Assembly (NCBI GenBank): GCA_977020255.1
Contig: CDROCS010000462.1
Location: 1-64,000, forward strand
DNA: 64,000 nt
From: Obrimoposthia wandeli
Taxonomy: Eukaryota
Direction: 5' to 3'
Shown here in pieces: positions 48,012-58,590 of this stretch (the first letter of the stretch is position 1; the number at the start of each line of letters is the position of its first letter). Below the pieces are notes generated by a model, which worked only from the letters and a program-made list of their open reading frames with translations, was not told the origin of the DNA and made no database searches. The translations under genes were made by a program, and so were the position numbers.

Positions 48012-49421
48012 CTATGACAATGTCACCCTATAACGTTGATATAGTGCGCTTAATAGTTGCACCAAACTATCCACAAAGAGCACTACTAACAATGCAATCC
48101 CTGTTAAGGGGAACAGTAAACCTAGAAGCAACACCAATAACATAGCGCTTTTCCAGCGCACCGCTACTTTGATCGCTGGCGCATTAATACCTAAGGATTT
48201 TTCCGGACGTCTAGTCCACCACAGCCATATACCACTGACACTGATTAATATAAAGATTAAACACAACACTGTGTTTAGCGCTAAATTTATCCAACCTAGC
48301 CCTCCTTGATGTAAACCAACACCTGCTGCCATTACCTTTGCCAGCAGAGAGTACTCGGCAAAACCTATATCAACTAAAATATCACCCGTATATTGATCAA
48401 TGTGTACTGTGCGATCTAACCTTGGATCCGCCACATCACCGCTCATCGTATCGGCGGATAAAGTATAAACACCACTCGCTGAACTAGGTAAGTTCAACTG
48501 ATAGTTCATCATTCCAAGCTGTTCAGCAAGGGCCGTTAATTGGTCAATAGAGAGGAATTTACCGCTAATTAACTCCCTTGATTCAGGTAATTTTGTCTGC
48601 TCTAAGTTCCATGGAACCTCTTCCATTACCCCTTGGTTCATTGAGCTGTGCGTCTCATTTGAAAGCGGTACAGCATCCCACTTCTCCGCGGGAAAGCTAT
48701 TCCAAGCCTGGACCATCTTCGCCCCCCAGACACCGCTCCATGACAGCCCTGACAAGACAAAAAAGAGTAAGAACACTACACTGTACAGCCCTAAACTGCT
48801 GTGTAAATCTCGAAAAAAGGTGCGTTTTCCCCGATGAATACGTGGCACAAACACCATAGGTTTTGCGGGTGAACTGCTAGGTAACCAAAGGTATATGCCA
48901 CTGATCAGTAACAACACTATAAAGCCTGTCGCTACTTCTATCGCTCGGTCACCCCACTCCCCTAGCATTAGGGAACCGTGAATATCATTGGCCAAAGCGT
49001 ACCAGCTATCATTACGCTCCAGCTGCGTTAATACTTCAGCGGTATAAGGGTTAATCGCCACGTGTAGCGTACGCCCCTCTAATTTAACAACAAAGAAACT
49101 CGCTGCAGAAACAGCCTTAGGGGGGAGATATTTTTTCACTTGAGCTTGGGGATAACTTACTTTGAGTGCCGCCAATTGAACAGATGCTGGCAGCATCCCA
49201 CTCTGCTCAGCAAGTACGGTTTTTAACACAGGATAGCGTGAGTTTTGAATCTGTTCATCGTACAGCATCACCGTTCCTGTCACGCTTAACATGAGTAAAA
49301 AGGGGATGACGAAGAGCCCTGCATAGCAGTGCCAGCGCCACGCTAATTGATAACAGGCACGCGTAATGATTTGCGGTGCCACAACACCTTGGTTTGATTT
49401 ATTCACAGTGTATTCCAACAT
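48012..49421 (-). CDS. PepSY-associated TM helix protein
   Basis: WRWHCYAGL, DIHGSL, RDLHSSLG, GVGLHQG; start uncertain. Confidence 0.88.
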   Translation of the reverse strand: MLEYTVNKSNQGVVAPQIITRACYQLAWRWHCYAGLFVIPFLLMLSVTGTVMLYDEQIQNSRYPVLKTVLAEQSGMLPASVQLAALKVSYPQAQVKKYLPPKAVSAASFFVVKLEGRTLHVAINPYTAEVLTQLERNDSWYALANDIHGSLMLGEWGDRAIEVATGFIVLLLISGIYLWLPSSSPAKPMVFVPRIHRGKRTFFRDLHSSLGLYSVVFLLFFVLSGLSWSGVWGAKMVQAWNSFPAEKWDAVPLSNETHSSMNQGVMEEVPWNLEQTKLPESRELISGKFLSIDQLTALAEQLGMMNYQLNLPSSASGVYTLSADTMSGDVADPRLDRTVHIDQYTGDILVDIGFAEYSLLAKVMAAGVGLHQGGLGWINLALNTVLCLIFILISVSGIWLWWTRRPEKSLGINAPAIKVAVRWKSAMLLVLLLGLLFPLTGIALLVVLFVDSLVQLLSALYQRYRVTLS

Positions 49422-49543
49422 ATAATCTGTTGATAACCAGGGCAACGGGCCCTGAATTTAAACTTGTTCACTCATACGTTACTAACTGTATAAGTGAATT
49501 AAGAAGAGAGTGTCAGTACAGTTATACTGCTACTTCTAGAGAT

Positions 49544-49891
49544 TTATGCTGTTGGTGGTGCTCTGGGGGCTTGTGGGCGATAACCTAGGAGCCAAAGCTT
49601 GAAAGTGTAGTAGTCACGTGCGACTTGAGCCGGCTGTAATTGGAGTAACGTCTCACTGTGTACCACAAGCGTGAGCTCAGCCGAACAGGCACAACTCTGT
49701 GCTTCATGGTTATCTTTACTTTGCACTAAATCAGACAAACTGATCAACTGCACACCTTTTTGGGTGCACAGGGCCAGCCAACTTTCGCTGTTGGCACTCA
49801 TGTTATTACACAGCGGAATCGCAAACAAAATAATCCAGCAGAGGATGCTAATCCGCTGTAATCCTTTACTTGTTTGCGCCTTTAAAATCAA
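49544..49891 (-). CDS. DUF2946-like protein ending in RAPP
   Basis: N-terminal hydrophobic helix, ALCT, CAC, C-terminal PRAPP; TTG start uncertain. Confidence 0.65.
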   Translation of the reverse strand: MILKAQTSKGLQRISILCWIILFAIPLCNNMSANSESWLALCTQKGVQLISLSDLVQSKDNHEAQSCACSAELTLVVHSETLLQLQPAQVARDYYTFKLWLLGYRPQAPRAPPTA

Positions 49892-50280
49892 AATAGCTCG
49901 CCATTCTTTTAGTTATTTGCGACGTAATTATAGGCGCATCACAATAATTGTAAACCCGTCAAATTAGGACTGCAGGAATGTCAGACTCTGCCGATACCCT
50001 TACGCATAACTGTACAATATTCGCACAACAAAAAATAACAAACTCACCAAGATTATCTTGCTTGCGATTAATGCCAACATTCTAACTGTCACGCGCGAAA
50101 GGCCTTTATCTAGCGTCATTCACGTTACTTTAAAATATGGAATTATCGACTACTCTTCACTCCTTATTATGGGAAAACGGAGCAAGAAGTCGTCATTACA
50201 TGGTATTTCCCGTTGCTGCTTAGCTGGGCAACTGGAGATTCAGGGCTTAATCAAAGCACCTAAATAAACAAGGAGGTATT

Positions 50281-51870
50281 ATGAGAATCCTATCATCTGA
50301 CGTTGCCTTTAACTCCCGTCATGAGGAACAGCGCAGCGAATCTTTTAATCGCACGGTAAACTCAGAGCAATCACGCGCTACTTTGGGAGAGCAAACGGGT
50401 AACAAGGTTGACGTTGTCGATTTATCCTACAATGCGCGTATATATTCGCAGCAATACAGCAGTGTTAGTAGCCAGTCCACGGTGCGTCAAGGTGAAAGCG
50501 AAATACAGTTGCAACGCCAACAGAGTACTATCAGTGTTATTCAGCAGAGTATTGGCCTGCACACTAGTATCATCAATCTATCATTAGAGGAGCAAGACAC
50601 GACCCCTCTGCTGGATCCCAATGGTACTAAAGCATATAAGGCCGTCGAAAGTTTAGATTTACGCAGCGGCAGTGCACAACAAACTTCTATGACTATCGCG
50701 ACTCAAGCAGAACAAGCTAGATTAGTCATTAAAGAGCAACACGTTATCGCCGAGAGTGAAAAGTTACACGTGGGTACTCAAGGGCGTATCACCACTCAAG
50801 ATGGTCGTGAAATCGACTTTATGATGTCACTAGAAATGAATCGAGACTTTAAGCTTGAAGAATCTTTGACGATAGAGCGCAGCCAGCGAGCGATGATGGA
50901 CCCTCTAGTGATTAATTTAGGTGGTGGTGCTGCCAGTTTAACCAGTACCAGTTTTACCTTTGATTTAGATGCCGACGGGCGCACTGAAGAAATATCTTTT
51001 GCCGGCAGTGGTAGCGGTTTTTTGGCACTTGATGTTAATGAAGATGGCCGTATTAACGACGGCTCTGAGCTCTTTGGCACAGGGAGCCTCGAAGGCTTCA
51101 GTGACCTGGCACGTTATGACAGTGACAATAACATGTGGATCGATGAGAGCGATCCCGTGTTTGAAAAACTTAAAGTATGGAGCCGTGACGAACAAGGTAA
51201 TGATCAATTGATCAGCCTTAAAGAGGCAGGTGTTGGTGCTATTTACTTGGGTTCTACCCCTTCAAGCTTTGACTTAACTGATAGCGAAAACAACCTGTTA
51301 GGTCAGGTAAAACGCAGTGGTATTTTCCTCACTGAAAAAGGTGAAGTAGCCAGCATCCAAGAACTCGATATAGCAATACACAACAAAACCTCCATGGTAG
51401 AGGCGTCCATGCAGAAAATAGAGGAGCAGAGCGCACAATGGCAGCCCGCAGTCGAACTACCTTCGTTTGATCTCTGGGGAGGACCCACTGACCAATTTAC
51501 CGCGCAAGAGAAACCCGAGGGCTACCTCAGCTTACTCGACATGCTGTTCCCAGAACCGGGTAGCGATCTAGCGAAAAAACGTGAACACGCCAAGAGTGAA
51601 CAATTTGAACAAAAAGGGATATTTAACACCGCTGAGTTAAATGCGTCACGCGATAAGGAGAAGGAAGAGGAAACTGAACTCTATCAAATTGACGACTCTA
51701 CCTTTGATATGATGCAACGTCTTGAGCGCAAAGATGCACTCAAAATGGATCAATCGAGCGATAAGTATGAGCACTTACGTAATATTATTGAATCAATGCA
51801 AAAGAAACATTTAGAACAGCGCGAAGAAATGAGCGATAAGCCTCAGACCCTGAAGTCTCAAAACGTATAA
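50281..51870 (+). CDS. Hypothetical protein with an FrpC-type self-processing-module-like Ca-binding domain
   Basis: DPLVINL, DLDADG, GFLALDVNEDGRINDGSELFG, LARYDSD, LKVW, SLKEAGV; AGGAGG RBS. Confidence 0.7.
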   Translation: MRILSSDVAFNSRHEEQRSESFNRTVNSEQSRATLGEQTGNKVDVVDLSYNARIYSQQYSSVSSQSTVRQGESEIQLQRQQSTISVIQQSIGLHTSIINLSLEEQDTTPLLDPNGTKAYKAVESLDLRSGSAQQTSMTIATQAEQARLVIKEQHVIAESEKLHVGTQGRITTQDGREIDFMMSLEMNRDFKLEESLTIERSQRAMMDPLVINLGGGAASLTSTSFTFDLDADGRTEEISFAGSGSGFLALDVNEDGRINDGSELFGTGSLEGFSDLARYDSDNNMWIDESDPVFEKLKVWSRDEQGNDQLISLKEAGVGAIYLGSTPSSFDLTDSENNLLGQVKRSGIFLTEKGEVASIQELDIAIHNKTSMVEASMQKIEEQSAQWQPAVELPSFDLWGGPTDQFTAQEKPEGYLSLLDMLFPEPGSDLAKKREHAKSEQFEQKGIFNTAELNASRDKEKEEETELYQIDDSTFDMMQRLERKDALKMDQSSDKYEHLRNIIESMQKKHLEQREEMSDKPQTLKSQNV

Positions 51871-51881
51871 AGTATTTACCA

Positions 51882-51909
51882 AAGATACGACTCAGCGCCG
51901 TCGTATCTT
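51882..51909. terminator. Hairpin between convergent genes
   Basis: aagatacgac / gtcgtatctt 10-bp stem. Confidence 0.6.
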
Positions 51910-51930
51910 GATACCGCTTTTTGTTGGATT

Positions 51931-52152
51931 TCAAACTCTTTTGTGCGTTTCGTTAATAATCGTCTTATTGAGGATAACGACTTTAGCCACCATTAATAGC
52001 CGCAGGTCAGCTACAATATATTCAGCTAGCGCCTGATCACTTATATCATCGTTTGTGATATCTAGCCTGAAACCTTGTCCCTGCAGCCCTCCCTCGTTTG
52101 AAAACTCAATTTCAAAGTCAAACACCACCCTTTTTTGCCTATGCAACCCCAT
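51931..52152 (-). CDS. Small conserved-looking protein (resembles the N-terminal domain seen on some cyclase-family proteins)
   Basis: KRVVFDFEIEFSNEGGLQGQGFRLDI..YIVADLRLLMV..HKR; ATG 52152 preferred. Confidence 0.55.
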   Translation of the reverse strand: MGLHRQKRVVFDFEIEFSNEGGLQGQGFRLDITNDDISDQALAEYIVADLRLLMVAKVVILNKTIINETHKRV

Positions 52153-52385
52153 TACTGCACCCTTTATGTCTATTATTAATGCCCAATTATTACCTAACAC
52201 ATTACTATACGCCAGCGTCAAACCAGACCGGACACAGGGTGATTAAGGACTTTTCTGCTATTAGAAAAGAGGCCATTCCAACTAAGAGGGTTTAGAGTCG
52301 ATCAGTAAATCAGATGCGGGATGATAAAGTTATTTCTCCGTACAAACCTTCTAACGATAAATTTGCACAGAGAGTGTGCACCTAA

Positions 52386-52865
52386 TTAGTGAAGCGGAAC
52401 CACCATCACGGGGATAGTCGTATGATGCATTACTTTGTTAGCTGTCGAGCCCATGAAAAACTGTTTGGTCGCGCTATGTGTACGTGTTCCCATCACGATC
52501 AAATCAACACTTTGGGCAGTGGCTGTGCTGACAATTGTTTTCTCTACTACTCCCTCTAGCAATACCGGTGTCACCTCGGGCTGCCAGCTCAATCCTTCGA
52601 GTTCGGACTGACAAAAATTTTCAATACGCGTGCGCATTGTCTCTTTCAAATGACTGACACCATCAGCGCGAATTTTCTTGAACTCACTGTCTGACAGCGC
52701 TGATTGGAAAGCAATGCGTGCCGAGTCAGAGATAGGTTCTAGCACATGTAAGAAGACGATTTGTGCATCGTATTGTTTAGCTTGGCTAACCGCCATGCGA
52801 AATGCTGGGCGCGAACCCTCTGCTAGATCAGATACATATAGAATTTTTTTAATGTCAGGGATCAT
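52386..52865 (-). CDS. Universal stress protein (UspA family)
   Basis: KILYVSDL, FLHV, DLIVMGT..GSTANKV..IPVMVVP. Confidence 0.9.
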   Translation of the reverse strand: MIPDIKKILYVSDLAEGSRPAFRMAVSQAKQYDAQIVFLHVLEPISDSARIAFQSALSDSEFKKIRADGVSHLKETMRTRIENFCQSELEGLSWQPEVTPVLLEGVVEKTIVSTATAQSVDLIVMGTRTHSATKQFFMGSTANKVMHHTTIPVMVVPLH

Positions 52866-53222
52866 AACTACCTCGATCACAATAAATAATTGAAAGATGT
52901 TATGAATAATTATAGGCCTGACAGCCCAGAAAACTGCTGATATAAATCAATACAGACGCCAATACCTAGGAACCTGTCGGACTTACCACTAATCTACTGC
53001 GAAAAACCAGAATCAGGTCATATTTCCCGACCTTTATCGTTGAATAGCGCGCTATTTACCGCAAAAGATCAAAATATCTGCTTCAAATCTTATTTTTCTC
53101 GCGACGATCGGCCAAGTTCGACAAGTTCCTAGTATTTTAACTGCACCGCTGTTTGGAGCACCATAGCGATAAAAACTGTTTTAGGCCTGGGTATCACATG
53201 GTAAACGTAGAGCCAATGACCA

Positions 53223-54152
53223 TTAACGCTTAACGGCAAGAAACAATCCCGGCAAGATAAGCATAGCTGCCAACAAGTGAAACCCTTGCAACGACTCCCC
53301 TAAAATAAGCCATGACATTGCCGCGTTATAAAGCGGGATCGCATACATCACCAGGGAAGCTTTAGAGGCACCTAAAACATTTTGAATATGCGCATAGGCC
53401 GCGTAGGCTGCGATTGAAGATATGAGTGCTAAAAAAATAATTGTCAGCGCAAATGTGGTAGCGATATGAGGCTGTATAAGCTGTTGCCACTGGCCACTTA
53501 TTTCGACGATAGCAAAGGGTAGTAAGCCTAATACGCCACCGACAGACATCGCACAAAATCGAGGAAACAATGCCAGTTTACTTTTTAAGTGCCCCTGCCA
53601 AAGTGAGTAAAACCCCCAAGAAGCGGAGGCGATCAAAATCCAGATATCACCCGTGGTAAAATCTAAATTGGCAAGCACCACGAAAGAGCCTTTCGCGACA
53701 ACAATAATCACTCCGAGTAATGAAATAGCCACCCCACACAATTGGCGTGCGCTCATTGATTGGCCGTACCAACACCTGGCAAATACAATAATAAAAACAG
53801 GCGACATGGCGTAGATCAAACCAATATTGGTTGAGGTTGTCGTCTGGGCTCCTATATAGGGAAATGCACCGCACACTCCCATCCCGAGTAAGCCGAGTAA
53901 CAATAGCTGACGCCATTCTGCACGTAGCACATCCCGCTGACGTAATAGCGTCGGATAGACAAAAGGCAACAACACCAAAATGGCAACTAACCAGCGCGTA
54001 AAGGCCAACGTAAAAGGTGGAATCACATCATGTACTAAACGAGCTACCACCATATTACTTGAAAGGAGTGCCGGTGTTAGCAGTAAAATAATTAACGCTA
54101 TACTACGTTGGTTAAGCCAGTGCTTCGACAATGAATTAGAGGGTATTGACAC
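53223..54152 (-). CDS. DMT/EamA family transporter
   Basis: Ten hydrophobic helices; PPFTLAFTRW, GLIYAMSPVF, LILGESL. Confidence 0.88.
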   Translation of the reverse strand: MSIPSNSLSKHWLNQRSIALIILLLTPALLSSNMVVARLVHDVIPPFTLAFTRWLVAILVLLPFVYPTLLRQRDVLRAEWRQLLLLGLLGMGVCGAFPYIGAQTTTSTNIGLIYAMSPVFIIVFARCWYGQSMSARQLCGVAISLLGVIIVVAKGSFVVLANLDFTTGDIWILIASASWGFYSLWQGHLKSKLALFPRFCAMSVGGVLGLLPFAIVEISGQWQQLIQPHIATTFALTIIFLALISSIAAYAAYAHIQNVLGASKASLVMYAIPLYNAAMSWLILGESLQGFHLLAAMLILPGLFLAVKR

Positions 54153-54643
54153 ACAACGTCCTTATGATTGGGTTAGATAATACGCGAGCTAATTAAATAG
54201 GTAGCTATATCACTGATGCCTAGTTACCGATCATCATTCTAGTGTAATAACCATGCTATAGGGATCTATTAATTGCCTGTCAGTCAATGTTTTGCACGGT
54301 TATATATGCTTTTCAGGTAATGTCAGCGTTTAACTTGGTTAATAACCATTATTCGTTACTTCTTTATAAAAACCTGCAGCTAAACCCTCCTGCCCTCTAT
54401 TACATTATTCACTGGCTCAATGATAATGATTCCCCTGAATAAGTAACTGCAGGCGATCGTTAAACTAGCCTTCCTTTGCATTGAAAACGCTCTCATTTTC
54501 AAGTAACCCATTATTCGACTATATTTGAATATAAGAGCATACTTGTTTATTGTCATATTTGACAAACAACTAATATGCCCTTATATTCCTCAAACAGCCT
54601 GTATCAAAACACAGTGCCACTTACCCCTATCAGAGTCATTACA

Positions 54644-55180
54644 ATGAATATGTTCAAATCAATCGTCGTCACTAGCTTGATCGTCTGCTCTGTCTGGGGA
54701 GTCGTTTGGGCACAGCAAACGCTCACACCAAAAGTATCAGTGGAGAAAAAAAAGCAATTCTTACCTATCACTACCAGCTTGGTAGGTTTATCGGCGACAA
54801 GTTCGTTTGCCGAGGCAGAAAACACCGCATTCAATCTAATGACACAGTTAACTGATGATCCAGCTTTAAATAACCAACTCAAAAACAACACCACATTAAA
54901 GGTTTATCTGATTTATCAATACACAGCTTCAGATACATTATTAATTAGCAGTGCGATGGCTGAAGAAGATTTAAAACACTCGGTCCTCAAGTCTGTGGTA
55001 GTACCGCGCGGTAAATATGATGCATTTGCAGCGCCGAGTGATTCTGGCGATGCTCTCATCCAAGCGTGGCAAAATATAGACATGAAGCGGCAACTACATG
55101 CAGTGATCGAAAGCTATCAGTTTAACATGCAAGGTGCACTGATCAGCGCTCAATCCTTTATTGCCTACCAACCGAAATAA
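54644..55180 (+). CDS. Exported protein, GyrI-like small-molecule-binding fold (tentative)
   Basis: Signal peptide ending VWA; YLIYQY, VPRGKYDAF, IQAWQNI; start moved to ATG 54644. Confidence 0.5.
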   Translation: MNMFKSIVVTSLIVCSVWGVVWAQQTLTPKVSVEKKKQFLPITTSLVGLSATSSFAEAENTAFNLMTQLTDDPALNNQLKNNTTLKVYLIYQYTASDTLLISSAMAEEDLKHSVLKSVVVPRGKYDAFAAPSDSGDALIQAWQNIDMKRQLHAVIESYQFNMQGALISAQSFIAYQPK

Positions 55181-56095
55181 ATGGAAATAACGATCATGTT
55201 TGAAACTTTATTAACCACCGTTGATGAAAATATATTCTACGCTTGGGAAAATTGGCTCGGTGATTGGCTCTTTATTATTTCGCTCGCACTGTTCGTCTTA
55301 GAATTAATTGTCGTTTCGATCCGCAGCAAGATGAACTGGCGTTTGATCGCCGATAGCGTTAGTAATTTTATAACCCTATACGCTTATTTGGGCTTGAGTT
55401 ATCTATTTTTGGCCACCTTCTATGTCAGCACCTTTTACGTTGTCTACACACAATTTAGCATCACTGAGCTCCCATTAACGGGCTGGACACTTGCAGGCTG
55501 TATTGTATTAGCTGACCTAGCTTACTACTGGGAGCATCGCTTTATGCATCGCACTGGGTTAGGTTGGGCAACTCATACCGTACATCACAGCTCACCTGAG
55601 TTTAATATCTCGGTCGCTTATCGCTTTGGTCCACTCGATGGTTTACTGCCCATCATTTTCCACTTACCTCTAGCTATGCTTGGGTTTAATCCATTAATCA
55701 TTTTTCTCAGTGAAGCCATCGTGCAACTCTACCAAACGATGCTGCACACCCAGTTAATCAAGAAGCTTCCAGCACCCATTGAAGCGATGTTCAACACCCC
55801 TTCTCATCATCGAGTACATCATGGAAGAAACCGTGAATATCTCGATAAAAATTACGGCGGTATTTTTATTATTTGGGATCGACTATTCGGCACTTTTGCC
55901 AGCGAGGAGAAAAAGGTAAAATTTGGTGTTTATCCTCAATTGAATTCAGTCAATCCGGTGACTATCTTTTGTCATGGCTTTTACAAGTTAGCGGACGATT
56001 TTATCCGTGCCAAAGGGATCAGACAGCGCTTGCTTCTGCTGTTAAAACCACCGGGTTGGCTTGAACGGCAACAAGACAAAAAAGGGAGTGAGTAA
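55181..56095 (+). CDS. Sterol desaturase/fatty-acid hydroxylase family, alkylglycerol monooxygenase-like
   Basis: His boxes YWEHRFMH, HTVHHS, HHRVHHG; KNYGGIFIIWDRLFGTF. Confidence 0.88.
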   Translation: MEITIMFETLLTTVDENIFYAWENWLGDWLFIISLALFVLELIVVSIRSKMNWRLIADSVSNFITLYAYLGLSYLFLATFYVSTFYVVYTQFSITELPLTGWTLAGCIVLADLAYYWEHRFMHRTGLGWATHTVHHSSPEFNISVAYRFGPLDGLLPIIFHLPLAMLGFNPLIIFLSEAIVQLYQTMLHTQLIKKLPAPIEAMFNTPSHHRVHHGRNREYLDKNYGGIFIIWDRLFGTFASEEKKVKFGVYPQLNSVNPVTIFCHGFYKLADDFIRAKGIRQRLLLLLKPPGWLERQQDKKGSE

Positions 56096-57264
56096 TGTTT
56101 TATTCACATGGGCAACATCAAAAACATCTGCAACAATTACGACAGAGTTGCACCGCACCGCACTCCCAAGCCTGCGCTTTGCCTCTGAGCAGCTATATCG
56201 ATTCTGCTATTTTCGAGATAGAACAGCAAAAGGTCTTCGCCTCAGACTGGCTCTTCGTTTGCCCTAGCGATAAATTACAACCGGATAACAGCTATTTCGC
56301 CTGTCTATTGTCAGGAGAGCCCGTGGTGATCATCCGTGATGAAAACGCAGAGCTACGTGCACTTTCCAATAGCTGTCGCCATCGTGGTACGCCACTCTTA
56401 GATTTAGGTTTTGGAAAATTAGAAGGAAATATTAGCTGCCCTTACCACGCTTGGAGCTATGCTAAGGATGGTCGTTTCCAAGGTGCTCCCATGTGCAAAA
56501 AATCGTCAACCGAGGCAAAAGATCATTCACTGGTGCAATTTCAGGTCGAAATTTTTCTCGGTTTAATTTTTGTTAATTTCGATCAACGAGCACCTTCTCT
56601 TCATCAGCGTTGCAAGCACATCGAACCTTACACTCAGCTATTTGGTCTTGAGAGTTTTAAATACAGCTGTGTTAATCCAAGCGAGTATTGGCAGTGCAAT
56701 TGGAAAATTGCTTTTGAAAACGCCGCTGAAAGCTATCACTTGTTCAAAGTACACCCGCAAACCTTAGAAAAGGTCAGCCCAAGTAAACACGCTTATTATG
56801 TAGCAGGTAATGCGAGTGCCACTTTAACCGGTGGCGCATTGACCTTGTCAATGTTAGATAAGCTGTGGCTCAGCGGTACTAAAAACACCTCCAAACACTA
56901 TTTACTGCTGGCACTGCCCCCTTCCATTGTTATGGTAATAAACCATGACTCTCTCAGTTGGATTAGTGTAAATCCGCTAGATAGCGAGCATTCACGTATT
57001 GACGCCGGCTTTATATCTGCGGCAAAAGATAAGGCGCAATCTTCGAGTGAACTAGCCTTTACCCAAGCATTTATTGCCGAGGATAAAGCTATCTGTGAGC
57101 GCTTACAAATGGCGGCCAAAAGCCGTTTTAACCCAGGCGGGCAACTTGTCGGGATGGAGCAGGTTTTAGCAGACTTTCACCATTATCTAGGAGAAAGACT
57201 GTTTGCCCAGCCAGCCCCTCCATTCACGGTGAACCGCAGTGAGCAGAACCCTTTTCAGCTTTGA
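56095..57264 (+). CDS. Rieske non-heme iron oxygenase alpha subunit (choline monooxygenase/CntA-like)
   Basis: CRHRG, CPYHAW, NWK..ENAAESYH..VH, EDKAICE. Confidence 0.88.
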   Translation: MFYSHGQHQKHLQQLRQSCTAPHSQACALPLSSYIDSAIFEIEQQKVFASDWLFVCPSDKLQPDNSYFACLLSGEPVVIIRDENAELRALSNSCRHRGTPLLDLGFGKLEGNISCPYHAWSYAKDGRFQGAPMCKKSSTEAKDHSLVQFQVEIFLGLIFVNFDQRAPSLHQRCKHIEPYTQLFGLESFKYSCVNPSEYWQCNWKIAFENAAESYHLFKVHPQTLEKVSPSKHAYYVAGNASATLTGGALTLSMLDKLWLSGTKNTSKHYLLLALPPSIVMVINHDSLSWISVNPLDSEHSRIDAGFISAAKDKAQSSSELAFTQAFIAEDKAICERLQMAAKSRFNPGGQLVGMEQVLADFHHYLGERLFAQPAPPFTVNRSEQNPFQL

Positions 57265-57307
57265 ATAAAGCTGGGTAGTCTCTCTGTACTATGTTGAGTA
57301 ACTTAAG

Positions 57308-57916
57308 CTACCCCTGCTCAATCAAGACCCTGAGTTTGCGCAGTGCCACCGCTGTCCGGCTGAGTAGCTCACTATTGTAAAAATAAGCCGGTACATAACC
57401 CCCAGGCTCAAGCCAGGTTGAATACCGTACGATGACTTGTGATGATGGTAGTGTTTCAACAACCCACTGTGCTCGGTATTTTTTGACTCTCTGATACTTA
57501 TTTGACTGCGCCGAGCGCTCTGAGCACCCTCTAAAAGACAGAGTGACTAGGTTATTAGCGGCCACACTGCTGACACAGGCAATTATTTCTCGATCTTTAA
57601 ATGGCCAAGGGCTATCCAATACCGTACGAACCACCATTTCACTGGGGCTATCTATAGCGATAGTTTCCACCGATTGAACATCCTCGAACCACTGTCCGGT
57701 CAAATCTAAGTCGATCAAGGTGGTTACCACCGCACTCGCTTTTTGCGTCGTGTAAAACTGAGCTTTTAGCGCGTTGAATTTGCTACCTTTTTCCGTGACT
57801 AAAGATAACTGTAAATCTTGGCGATCCTCTGTTATGTTTTTAGTTACCTGCTGTTGAAATGAGCAGCCGGTCACTAAGAGCAGTGTCACCCAGTATAATA
57901 TCGATGCGCGCATCAT
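57308..57916 (-). CDS. START-domain lipid-binding lipoprotein
   Basis: Lipobox LVTGC; SPWPFKDRE; EPGGYVPA. Confidence 0.75.
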   Translation of the reverse strand: MMRASILYWVTLLLVTGCSFQQQVTKNITEDRQDLQLSLVTEKGSKFNALKAQFYTTQKASAVVTTLIDLDLTGQWFEDVQSVETIAIDSPSEMVVRTVLDSPWPFKDREIIACVSSVAANNLVTLSFRGCSERSAQSNKYQRVKKYRAQWVVETLPSSQVIVRYSTWLEPGGYVPAYFYNSELLSRTAVALRKLRVLIEQG

Positions 57917-58590
57917 GTTTTCCCCTCTCCGATAGATCCACACTTAAGCTATTTTTAGCCGCGCTTTGCTAACCCAAATATTACATACAGCTACTCATGC
58001 GCTAACTTACTTTTTGTTTCTACAGGATTTTTTCTCAATCAACCTGACACACCAGTACGGCGCTCAATCGAAAAAATCCTGTAAAAAAACTAGCCCCGCT
58101 ATCATCACGGCATTGCATGTAATATCCGAGCTAACAGTCAGACAGAGAAACTAAAGGTTAGCTCCCGATAATATAACTAAATTCGATACGCTAAAGGATG
58201 AGTCATCATTTTGTGTCATACACCACCTCGCCACCTACGTCAGTTACAACATTGCGGCGCGCCGTTTATTCTCGATTTATTTAAGCGGCAACGTTTTATT
58301 CGCTAAATAGGTGACCAGTAGATTAATTCTTTTGAAGGCGCTATACAGATGTTTTAAATTGAAATTTTAGCTCGGAAGGCGCGGCAATGGCGTGAATTAA
58401 GTGATAGAGACTCATCCAGAGAATACACCACAGTACTACTTACGGACATTGGGTTTTGCTTTTTCCAAGATCCTTAATAGGCCAGATGATGCCGCCGGCA
58501 GCTTGCTGTACCATCTCTCCTGCTAAAATCTGCACCTATAAGCAGGGCAGATTAAAGAGGAAAACACATCACAGCGCCAAGGCTGAAACG

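Noticed and set aside
49971-49997. gccgatac as a sigma-28 -10 box
   Set aside because: No TAAA at the correct spacing, and far from the start codon
50080-50130. gtcacgcgcgaaaggcc resembling the start of a c-di-GMP-I riboswitch
   Set aside because: The remaining conserved elements and pairing could not be found
52881-53222. Unannotated gap between usp and the DMT gene as a possible gene remnant
   Set aside because: Only short stop-interrupted frames with no recognisable similarity
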